Shown here in pieces: positions 9,000-16,881 of a DNA stretch of 32,893 nucleotides. Position 1 is the first letter of the stretch; each line of letters starts with the position of its first letter. A program made the translations under genes and the position numbers. This DNA comes from Flavobacteriales bacterium (GTDB lineage Bacteria > Bacteroidota > Bacteroidia > Flavobacteriales_F > PHOS-HE28), in NCBI GenBank assembly GCA_031410075.1, contig JANNYL010000451.1:1-32893 (forward strand). Direction: 5' to 3'. A model generated the notes under the pieces. The model worked only from the letters and a program-made list of their open reading frames with translations. It was not told the DNA's origin and did not search any database.

Positions 9000-9120
9000 G
9001 GTTTGTCCAGTTGTACATCCGCGAACACTGGTTCCATCCCTACTTGACCAATGCTTGATCGTTCGCTGATGCTTCACTACTTCCGAACGGCAATAGTTTC
9101 GCACCCACAAACCCACCACT

Positions 9121-9555
9121 GTGTTTTCCAAAGCCTGCGAGTACGCTATCCGAGCAATGATCTGCTTGGCAGCGTGTTCCGAAAAAGGCGAACGGCTCAC
9201 GCTGACCGAGATCGCATCGAAGACCGATTCGCCCCAGGCATTCACGGCCAAAGTGCTTCAGCAGTTGTCGAAAGCGGGGCTCATCGATTCCATGAAGGGG
9301 CCGAACGGCGGCTTCTCGTTGCCAACGGCCAAAGCACTAAAGGTGAAACTGAGCCACGTGGTAAAGGCCATTGATGGTGATGCCATTTATACCGGCTGCG
9401 GATTGGGGTTGAAGGAGTGTTCCGATAAGCGGCCTTGCCCGTTGCACGATCATTTCCTGCAGGTGCGCAAAGATCTTCGGCGCATGTTGGAGGGCACGAG
9501 TATCGAGGAGTTGAGCCTCGGCCTGAAAGAGGGATCCACCTTCATGCAACGCTGA
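9121..9555 (+). CDS. Rrf2 family transcriptional regulator (putative Fe-S, NsrR/IscR-like)
   Basis: MFSKACEYAIRA, KGPNGGF wing, C-x6-C-x5-C-PLH (CGLGLKECSDKRPCPLH). GTG start; TAGTTTCG -7 element at 9094-9101. Confidence 0.93.
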   Translation: MFSKACEYAIRAMICLAACSEKGERLTLTEIASKTDSPQAFTAKVLQQLSKAGLIDSMKGPNGGFSLPTAKALKVKLSHVVKAIDGDAIYTGCGLGLKECSDKRPCPLHDHFLQVRKDLRRMLEGTSIEELSLGLKEGSTFMQR

Positions 9556-9588
9556 GTTTCACGGGACCTGCTTCGAGGGCTTCAACAA

Positions 9589-9614
9589 CGAAAGCGCCCT
9601 TGCGGACGCCTTCG
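9589..9614 (-). terminator. Probable terminator hairpin between the convergent rrf2 and fasciclin genes
   Basis: Minus-strand RNA GAAGGCGUCC-GCAA-GGGCGCUUUC: 10-bp stem with 2 G-U pairs and a GNRA loop, followed by GUUGUU (weak U-tract). Confidence 0.55.
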
Positions 9615-9665
9615 CTGACTTTCACCATGCTCCGATCAAGTTGGAGCCAATGGTGTTCCGGTTGA

Positions 9666-10253
9666 TCACTGTGCGGGCGCTGGAGGCAGGAGCACTTTAT
9701 CGATCACGCACACCAGACCATTGCTTGCGGGCACTACGGCCACGATGTTCGCGTCATTAATCATCACTTTGCCGTCCTTCACGGTGAACTTCACATTGTC
9801 GCCGTTCACCATGCCTAACGGTTGCCCGTTCTGCATCATCTCCGGTTTGAACACGCCCACAGCCACATGGTATTGCAGGATGTTCTGCAAGTCGGCTTTC
9901 TTCTCGGGCTTCAACAGGCCGTCCACAGTTCCAGCAGGAAGTGCTGCGAAGGCCGCATTCGTAGGTGCGAAGACGGTGAAGGGACCCGCGTTGGACAAGG
10001 CATCCACCAACTCAGCAGCAGTTACCGCAGCTACCAACGTGGTATGGTCCGGCGAACCAACGGCTACACCCACCACGTTCTTCTGCGACAGATCATCCTT
10101 TACGGTGGATTGCCCGCCACCCGGTGCGTTCGCCGCAGCAGGAGCTGGTGAAGCTTCACCGCTCGGAGCGGCTCCGCCACCCCCACAAGAGATCAAGAAT
10201 GCGGTCGCGAACAAAGGCGCGAACCAGTAAAAAGATCGACCGAAAGTTTTCAT
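9666..10253 (-). CDS. Fasciclin (FAS1) domain lipoprotein
   Basis: Lipobox FLISC, GPFTVFAPTNAAF, ILQYHV, NGLVCVIDKVLLP; start ATG 10253. Confidence 0.93.
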   Translation of the reverse strand: MKTFGRSFYWFAPLFATAFLISCGGGGAAPSGEASPAPAAANAPGGGQSTVKDDLSQKNVVGVAVGSPDHTTLVAAVTAAELVDALSNAGPFTVFAPTNAAFAALPAGTVDGLLKPEKKADLQNILQYHVAVGVFKPEMMQNGQPLGMVNGDNVKFTVKDGKVMINDANIVAVVPASNGLVCVIDKVLLPPAPAQ

Positions 10254-10275
10254 GTGTTCTTGTTTGTTCGTTCTG

Positions 10276-10322
10276 CGGACAATATTGTCCGTTAATAACC
10301 GCATCGAACATGATGATCGTCA
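10276..10322 (-). promoter_or_regulatory. Fasciclin promoter: perfect 16-bp palindrome over the -7 position, plus a Crp/Fnr-like box
   Basis: CGGACAATATTGTCCG (10276-10291) and TGAT-GATC-GTCA (10311-10322). Confidence 0.7.
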
Positions 10323-10367
10323 GTTGCGCGCTTTCTTATGGTTCATTTTTCGGCACCTGCCGATGGA

Positions 10368-11135
10368 TCAGAGGTCCTTTCGATCGAAAGCGCGCAAAGA
10401 CCACCACGCTGGAACGATCACCCAAAGCATCAACGCACCCGCAGCCATCATGATCCCGCCAACGCTGCCGAGGTATTGTTTGTACACCGCTCCGCTGTAC
10501 CCCATCATGGCGGCCAGATCCACTTTCAACATCACCATGATGCGCGCCAGATCGATGGGGTTAAGGGCCGCGATGGGAACTACGAACGGTTCGATCGGCC
10601 TGTCGCCGAAGGCCAGCATTGCCCACAAGAGGAGCGCGTCGTATACGATCACCATCACTGCCCAAACAGCGAGACCAAAACCCACCGCACGGGCTTTATC
10701 ACGATTCTTCATGGCGATGAGCGCACCGATGGAAACGAAGCTCAGTGTGAGCATCGCGGCGCAGAGCATCAACACGCCACCGATGTCGAACGGGGCGAAC
10801 ACCGCGATCGGTAGGTACATGCCCACGACCAACGCCACGAGCATCGCGATGCCCAATGCCAGGAGCTGACCCAGGAGAATGGAACGGCGACGGAGCGGCT
10901 GAACGGCGAGCAGTTCGGTGAAGTCGGACAGGTTGTGGAAGTACGTAACGGTGAACACCACGGCGATCAGCGGCACCAAGGCGAGCACCACTTGTTCCAG
11001 TGCGAGCAGGCCTTTGATGGCATCACCTTCCAGCACGAAAAGCCCCCACGAGATGGCCAGCAATAGCAGCGTATACACCAGCATGAAGCGGTTGCGCGCC
11101 AGATCGATCAACGTGTATTTGCACACCTTCCACAT
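10368..11135 (-). CDS. nosY: NosY ABC transporter permease
   Basis: Multi-TM protein with ELLAVQP, NPIDLAR and FDRKDL. ATG 11135 overlaps the nosF TAA (TAATG). Confidence 0.9.
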   Translation of the reverse strand: MWKVCKYTLIDLARNRFMLVYTLLLLAISWGLFVLEGDAIKGLLALEQVVLALVPLIAVVFTVTYFHNLSDFTELLAVQPLRRRSILLGQLLALGIAMLVALVVGMYLPIAVFAPFDIGGVLMLCAAMLTLSFVSIGALIAMKNRDKARAVGFGLAVWAVMVIVYDALLLWAMLAFGDRPIEPFVVPIAALNPIDLARIMVMLKVDLAAMMGYSGAVYKQYLGSVGGIMMAAGALMLWVIVPAWWSLRAFDRKDL

Positions 11136-11857
11136 TACGCGACCGGTGTTCGAAGCAACGTCGCGATGCCTTGTGAAAGTCGATCCGTGCCCGTGGACCC
11201 GAGTATCTCGGAAGGGGGAAGGATGAAGCGCAACTGACCTTCGCTGAGGTAGGCCACACGATCGGCAACGTGTCCCACCTCGTCCATGAGGTGGGAGGTG
11301 ATCAGCACAGTGCATCCCCGTTCGCGGGCGCTGCGTACCTCGGCGATCAAGCGCGCTGACGATCCCGGGTCGAGGCCTGCAGTGGGTTCATCCAACACGA
11401 GCACTTGCGGCTTTGTGCGGAACGCGAGCACCGCGCTCACCTTTTGTCGTGTGCCACCGGAGAGCGCACCCATGCGTTTATCGAGTTGGGTATCGAGGCC
11501 GAGTTCATGCACCAAGGTGTCGTCGAGCTGGTCATCAGAAAGCCCCCGGACATCACGCATCATATCCAGCAGATCACAGATCCGCAACTGCTCGGGATAC
11601 CTTGCCACTTGTGCCATATAGCCGATGCGCTCGCGACTTGCCGGATCGCCGCCTGCGCGCATGCCGAGCACATCGATGTGCCCGCGTGTAGCGCGCACCA
11701 AGCCCAGCAGGATCTTTATCAGCGTGCTTTTCCCCGAACCGTTGGGGCCGATCACCGCAACGGTTTCGCCAGCGTGGAACGAAGCGTTCACACCTTGCAA
11801 TGCCCACAGCTTCCCGTAGCGCTTGGCAAGGTCATGAATGGCTATCGTCTCCATCAT
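11135..11857 (-). CDS. nosF: NosF ABC transporter ATP-binding protein
   Basis: Walker A GPNGSGKS, LSGG signature, LDEP; located between nosD and nosY. Confidence 0.92.
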   Translation of the reverse strand: MMETIAIHDLAKRYGKLWALQGVNASFHAGETVAVIGPNGSGKSTLIKILLGLVRATRGHIDVLGMRAGGDPASRERIGYMAQVARYPEQLRICDLLDMMRDVRGLSDDQLDDTLVHELGLDTQLDKRMGALSGGTRQKVSAVLAFRTKPQVLVLDEPTAGLDPGSSARLIAEVRSARERGCTVLITSHLMDEVGHVADRVAYLSEGQLRFILPPSEILGSTGTDRLSQGIATLLRTPVA

Positions 11858-13091
11858 TAGGTTGGTGCATCAGGGGATGTTCGTCCACCAACGATACGGA
11901 TGAAACCGATGGCAACAAGCGCTCAACAACATCGAGCAATTGCACCAACAAGCTGCGAGACAGGATCACTGCGTACGGCGTGCGTTCCAACAGGGATGCG
12001 AACAAACTCAATGGCCGGTGAGGGACATCACCGGTGCCATTGCGGTCCAGGTCATATCCGCGATAGCGGTCCCAGTAGTTGCCGTCCACGGTGTTCGCGG
12101 CCATGTCGCCGTTGGTGGTCACATCGAAGGTGTTGCCCGTGAAGCTGTTCCCTTGGAACGTGGTGCTCATGGTGTTCGCGAACATACGCAAGGCCCAGCC
12201 GTTGCTGATGAACGTGTTATCAGTGGCCACCACCCGATTGCATCCGTCCATGAAGAGGCCCGAGGTGTTATCTCGGAATTCGTTCCGCTCCATCGTGACA
12301 TCGTTGATCTCTTTCAGTAACAGTCCATATGCGCTCGCTCCGCGGTTGCGCAGGAAACGGTTGTCGCTCATCTCCACATCGTGGCTGAACATCACGGCCA
12401 CGCCCGCACCGTTATCGCGGAACTCATTGTGCGTGTAGTGATCGTGATGGCTGAACATGAAATGCAGCCCGTAACGCGCGTTGTCTTCACTGGTGTTCCC
12501 GTCCGCGCGGCTGTCCTGCACGAACTCGAAATAGATGCCATCACGGTGACCTGAAACATGGTTGTTGCGCACCGTATCGCGCGAGCACTTCCACAGATGG
12601 ATACCGTTGGCCTTGCGATCCTCCTCCTCATCGATACGGCCGAACACTTCATTCCCCTCGATCAGTGAACTGGTCACACCCGCGAGATGGATGCCGAAGA
12701 AACAATCGATCACGCGCACGTTGCGCACAACGAGGAATTGGCATTCATCCGCACGGATACCCGCATTATCGTTCATATTGCTCACCTGTGTTCCGCGTAC
12801 TTCGATCCCTTCGATCGTTACATGCGATGCGCTTACGATGATCACATCTCCCGCGCCTTCTCCATCGATCAATGGGCGGTCGATCCCGGACAGAACGATC
12901 GATCTATCGAGGTGGATCACACCTTCGCGGTAGGTCCCTGCGTGCACGTGCACCGTGTCGCCTGCTCCGGCGGCCGCAATGGCATCGCGCAGCGGATGAG
13001 CGTTCTGCGCTGGCCGCACCTCCCACGTTCGGGCTTGGGTGACTTGCCACATGCCGGCAACAACGAACAACGTGGTCGCGAGCCGTAGCAT
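11832..13091 (-). CDS. nosD: NosD nitrous oxide reductase maturation protein
   Basis: Beta-helix repeats, HRDGIYFEF, RYGLHFMFS, GNYWDRY.GYDLDRNG.GD. Confidence 0.95.
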   Translation of the reverse strand: MLRLATTLFVVAGMWQVTQARTWEVRPAQNAHPLRDAIAAAGAGDTVHVHAGTYREGVIHLDRSIVLSGIDRPLIDGEGAGDVIIVSASHVTIEGIEVRGTQVSNMNDNAGIRADECQFLVVRNVRVIDCFFGIHLAGVTSSLIEGNEVFGRIDEEEDRKANGIHLWKCSRDTVRNNHVSGHRDGIYFEFVQDSRADGNTSEDNARYGLHFMFSHHDHYTHNEFRDNGAGVAVMFSHDVEMSDNRFLRNRGASAYGLLLKEINDVTMERNEFRDNTSGLFMDGCNRVVATDNTFISNGWALRMFANTMSTTFQGNSFTGNTFDVTTNGDMAANTVDGNYWDRYRGYDLDRNGTGDVPHRPLSLFASLLERTPYAVILSRSLLVQLLDVVERLLPSVSSVSLVDEHPLMHQPNDGDDSHS

Positions 13092-13092
13092 C

Positions 13093-13530
13093 TCAGTTCT
13101 TCGCGAGCAACCTTTTCACACCTTCCCAATCCAGGAGTTCTCCGTTGTGCAAGATGGCTGCTGCGTCACGATCGGCTATGGTTGCGAAGGCTGCGCAATT
13201 CCCACCCATAGGGCTGCGAAGGTCTGCCGCGTGTAAGTAGCTGGCTTTGGTGGCGTCGATCAGAACGCCAGGATGCGCGTGGTCCGCCACGAAATAAGTG
13301 GCCACGTCGTTTTCCGCCCCAGCGCCGCCGTATACGAAATGCACCATGCACTCTACAGCATCGAATGTGTACTGCCGGCCCTTGGTTGTGACAATAACTG
13401 CACCGTACTGCTGGTCCATCACATTCATACGGCAATGGGAACATTCGGCCTTGCCCCAGTCGATGTTCGGTTGGCTCACCCCGCACGCTGCGAGAAGTGT
13501 GAGCATGGACAGGATGATCGCCTTCATCAT
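13093..13530 (-). CDS. nosL: NosL copper chaperone lipoprotein
   Basis: Lipobox LAAC, CSHCRM, FDAVECM, SPMG. ATG 13530 overlaps the upstream TGA. Confidence 0.92.
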   Translation of the reverse strand: MMKAIILSMLTLLAACGVSQPNIDWGKAECSHCRMNVMDQQYGAVIVTTKGRQYTFDAVECMVHFVYGGAGAENDVATYFVADHAHPGVLIDATKASYLHAADLRSPMGGNCAAFATIADRDAAAILHNGELLDWEGVKRLLAKN

Positions 13531-14222
13531 GGGTTCGCAACTTTCAATTTCTTCTTCGCTCTGTGATGTACCCAATGGTCGTGCAGGTAGACAAGGACCG
13601 CTACTGCGATCACCCCGAAAAGTACCCAGCCACCTTGATCCGGCGTTGACCACGCATCGAAGTTGAGTAGTTTCTTGTGCCCCAACAAGGGTGGTTGATA
13701 GGCCATGCCTTCCACTTGTATCGCCGCATGCGGATCCAGGTTGTGGCCGTATTTGTAGCCCCACGCGTACATATCCCACATTGCCCAGATCACAAATGCG
13801 AACAGCGCGAACAACCAACTGAACAACGCGCTCCGTTTACCGATGATGGCAGCGATCAGTCCCCAGGTGATCAGCAGATAGAACGCGTACCGCATGATCG
13901 CGAATTCCGGGAACATGTTGTCTTCAATGGTGGCCATGCCGATGTAATGGTTCAGCCCGTTTATCTTCTGGATGTCGCCAGCGAAGTGGTCGTGACTGAT
14001 GGTGATCACCAAGCCTTCCGGGTATTGGGGGGCTTTGAGATCGATCCGCCAAATGGGCACTGTGAGCAAGGTGCCAAGGGCCAAAGCCGCCAAGGCCATA
14101 AGCACCCGGGCAAAAGGATGCAAGCCGCGCTTATGATCCCAATTCGCATATTCCATATCGACACCGGGCGGGTCCGTAGATACGGACCCGCCCGGTGTTT
14201 CGATGATCGTTTCTGTCGTCAT
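13527..14222 (-). CDS. nosB: NosB-like membrane protein of clade II nos clusters
   Basis: WRIDLKAPQYPEGL, INGLNHYIGM, YGHNLDP.A, YQPPLLG; directly after nosZ. Confidence 0.8.
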   Translation of the reverse strand: MTTETIIETPGGSVSTDPPGVDMEYANWDHKRGLHPFARVLMALAALALGTLLTVPIWRIDLKAPQYPEGLVITISHDHFAGDIQKINGLNHYIGMATIEDNMFPEFAIMRYAFYLLITWGLIAAIIGKRSALFSWLFALFAFVIWAMWDMYAWGYKYGHNLDPHAAIQVEGMAYQPPLLGHKKLLNFDAWSTPDQGGWVLFGVIAVAVLVYLHDHWVHHRAKKKLKVANP

Positions 14223-14229
14223 ACCTTGG

Positions 14230-16227
14230 TTATGAACCTGCGTCGTAGGACTTGGTAATGCCCTTCAGTTCCACCTTGCTGTTCGCTGGTGACACACGGA
14301 TGTAGCCTTGCATTTCCTGGTGCAGCGCGCTGCAGAAGTCCGTGCAGTACATCGGTGTAACGCCCACTTGCTCAGGGACCCATTTCAGCGTTTGGGTTTC
14401 ACCAGGCATGATGAGCAACTCTGAGGTCGCAGCGCCTTTGATCGCGAAGCCGTGCGGCACATCCCAGTCCTGTTCCAGGTTCGTTACGTGGAAGTACACC
14501 TCATCCCCGATCTTGATGCCTTCGATATTGTCCGGTGTGAAGTGCGAACGGATGCAGGTCATGTACACATGCACTTTGTTGCCTTCGCGAACCACCTTGG
14601 ACTCCTTTTCACCCTTGGTGACATAAGGATGCTGGTTGTCTTCGATCTTGAAGAACTTTACTTCGCGCGGTCTCACCAGATCGGCTGGGATCGCTTGGGC
14701 GTAGTGCGGTTCGCCAATGGTGGGGAAGTCCAGCAGCAGTTCCATCTTCGGTCCATCGATGCTGAAGAGTTGTGCGCTCTGCGCCAATTCCGGGCCGGTA
14801 GGTAGATAGCGGTCCTTGGTGATCTTGTTGTAGGCGATCACGTATTTGCCCCAGGGTTTCTTGCTGTCACCGCCAGGCACGCACAGGTGGCCGATGGAGT
14901 AGTAGGTAGGCACGCGGTCCACAGGCTCCAATGTTTCCAACGACCATTTCACGATCTCGCTGCTCACGAAGAAACTCGTATAGGCGAAACCGTTCGCATC
15001 GAATTCCGTGTGCAAGGGTCCTAGACCGGGCTTCTTCACTTCGCCTTTGATCACGCTTGCATACTTCAATACAGGAATGCCCATAAAGTCACCTTCCACA
15101 TCGTTCTTGGCGATGGCCTCCTGGATCTTGCTGAACTGGAATACAGGGATCAACGCGGCGAGTTTGCCGCTGCCTACGATGTATTGTCCGGTGGGATCAA
15201 CATCGCAACCGTGCGGTGATTTCGGGCAAGGCATGAAGTAGATCAGGTCCTTCAGTTCGCGTGGGTCCAGTTGCAACACTTCGTTGCGCACTTCACTGAT
15301 GCCGGTATGCTTCGCATCGTCATACCAGTTCATGTAGTGTTTGCCAGGCACCATGCGGCCTTTGCCGGCTTTGGCATATTCCTCGGCCTTCTTCCAGTTC
15401 AAAGCCATCACGAAATCCTTGTCCTTCTGGCTCGCGTTCACTTCCAACAGACTGTACGCTTGCTCGCTGTTGTAGCAACTGAAGAAGAACCAACCTTCGC
15501 TGGGGCCTTTGCCCGCGTGCGACAAGTCGAAGTTCACGCCGGGTGTGATCACTTGGAAGGCGATGTCCAACTTCCCTGTTACAGGATCCGGATGGATGAA
15601 AGACACCGTGCCTTTGAAATTCTCGCGATAGCTGTCAATGGGAACGTCGCGTTGTTCGTCTGTTCCCATCGGTATGCTGAAACGTGTACCGGCCACCACA
15701 TATTCACTGTTACCGGTGGTGAACGGTGAACTGTGGTTACCCGCACTGTTCGGGATCTCGATGATGCTCTTCGTGCGGAACGTCCCAAGGTCGATCAAGG
15801 CGATGCGCGGTGTGTTGTTGCCGTTGATGAAGCACCATTTGCCATCGGGCACGCCATCCGTCTGGGAAAGTTCGGGATGGTGCGAATCGTCCCATGGGAT
15901 GAAGCCATGGGTGGTCATCAACATGGGCTTGGTCTCTTCGGAGAATCCCCAACCGCTCTCTGGGTTCACAGAGAACACGGGGATGTTGCGCAACATGCGA
16001 CCACTCGGAAGACCGTACACGGACAGTTGCCCGCTGAAGCCTCCGCTCAGGAAGTTGTAGAATTCGTCGTACGCGCCCGGTTTCACATAGGCCTTGTTCG
16101 CGGCATCGCCGGTAACGGCGCTTTGTACGTTGGTGCCGGGCCTGCAGCCGGGCAGGGTGTTCACCAGCATGAAGAGACCAGCTGCAGCCCCCAAGGTGCC
16201 GCCGGTTATGATGATCGATCGTTTCAT
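14230..16227 (-). CDS. nosZ: Clade II (Sec/lipoprotein-type) nitrous-oxide reductase
   Basis: SGGFSGQ start of the mature domain; CuZ histidines in DSHH, GNH, PHG, GPLH, EPH; CuA motif HGF...CTDFCSALHQEM. No twin-arginine motif; TLPGC lipobox-like signal; no fused C-terminal cytochrome. Confidence 0.97.
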   Translation of the reverse strand: MKRSIIITGGTLGAAAGLFMLVNTLPGCRPGTNVQSAVTGDAANKAYVKPGAYDEFYNFLSGGFSGQLSVYGLPSGRMLRNIPVFSVNPESGWGFSEETKPMLMTTHGFIPWDDSHHPELSQTDGVPDGKWCFINGNNTPRIALIDLGTFRTKSIIEIPNSAGNHSSPFTTGNSEYVVAGTRFSIPMGTDEQRDVPIDSYRENFKGTVSFIHPDPVTGKLDIAFQVITPGVNFDLSHAGKGPSEGWFFFSCYNSEQAYSLLEVNASQKDKDFVMALNWKKAEEYAKAGKGRMVPGKHYMNWYDDAKHTGISEVRNEVLQLDPRELKDLIYFMPCPKSPHGCDVDPTGQYIVGSGKLAALIPVFQFSKIQEAIAKNDVEGDFMGIPVLKYASVIKGEVKKPGLGPLHTEFDANGFAYTSFFVSSEIVKWSLETLEPVDRVPTYYSIGHLCVPGGDSKKPWGKYVIAYNKITKDRYLPTGPELAQSAQLFSIDGPKMELLLDFPTIGEPHYAQAIPADLVRPREVKFFKIEDNQHPYVTKGEKESKVVREGNKVHVYMTCIRSHFTPDNIEGIKIGDEVYFHVTNLEQDWDVPHGFAIKGAATSELLIMPGETQTLKWVPEQVGVTPMYCTDFCSALHQEMQGYIRVSPANSKVELKGITKSYDAGS

Positions 16228-16252
16228 GGTTTGTTCGGTTCGTGGTTATTGT

Positions 16253-16726
16253 TCAAAGGGTGCGCATGAATTCCACAACATTGCGCGCATCCTCATTGGT
16301 AAGGTTCTGGTTGGGCATGCGCACCAAGCATTGTTCCAGCATCTTCTGCGCTTCCGCATCGGTGCTCAACATCGCTTCCGTGTTCACGATCATATTCATC
16401 ACCCATTCGGGTTTACGGCGCGTCAACATGCCTTTCCATCCGGGTCCCACAACGCGGTTCTCGCCCATGCTGTGGCAGGCCTGGCACTTCACGTCGTACA
16501 GGCTCTTGCCTTTTTCCACCATCGCTTTGTCCACTTCACCGAGGGTGATATCCGCTTCACTGATCATCGGCACCTGGGATGTCGTATTCGCTGGTTCCAT
16601 TCCTCCGCCACTCGGAACTTTGTATTTATCCGCTGTAGTGGGTTCGCCGCTTCCCCCGCAAGCTCCCAGTGTGAGGAGCGCGATAGCCAACCCTATCAGG
16701 CTGGCGTTTCCGGTGTGTGTTCGCAT
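16253..16726 (-). CDS. Monoheme c-type cytochrome lipoprotein (probable NosZ electron donor)
   Basis: Lipobox LGAC, CQACH, VGP, distal MPNQ; start ATG 16726. Confidence 0.9.
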   Translation of the reverse strand: MRTHTGNASLIGLAIALLTLGACGGSGEPTTADKYKVPSGGGMEPANTTSQVPMISEADITLGEVDKAMVEKGKSLYDVKCQACHSMGENRVVGPGWKGMLTRRKPEWVMNMIVNTEAMLSTDAEAQKMLEQCLVRMPNQNLTNEDARNVVEFMRTL

Positions 16727-16809
16727 GGTCGATGGTGTTTGGTTCTGGTCGGTGGTGTCTTCGAAAGTGGTCCTTCGATGATGATCGGAATGATCGATCT
16801 TCGAGGACG

Positions 16810-16855
16810 TGACAAATATCATCGGACGGTTTTGTCCGAATACTGACGTTTGTCA
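16810..16855. promoter_or_regulatory. Overlapping divergent promoters for the nos operon and the NnrS-like gene
   Basis: Boxes TGAC-AAAT-ATCA (16810-16821) and TGAC-GTTT-GTCA (16844-16855) flank TCGGAC-N6-GTCCGA (16822-16839). -7-like GATATTTG (minus, 16813-16820) and GACGTTTG (plus, 16845-16852). Confidence 0.72.
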
Positions 16856-16881
16856 TCTCGACACATGAACTTCAAGACCCG

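Noticed and set aside
9021-9066. GCGAAC...GTTCGC inverted repeat upstream of rrf2 as a riboswitch or Rrf2 autoregulatory site
   Set aside because: Only 6-bp arms, lies upstream of the predicted TSS, and does not match CGGAC-N6-GTCCG.
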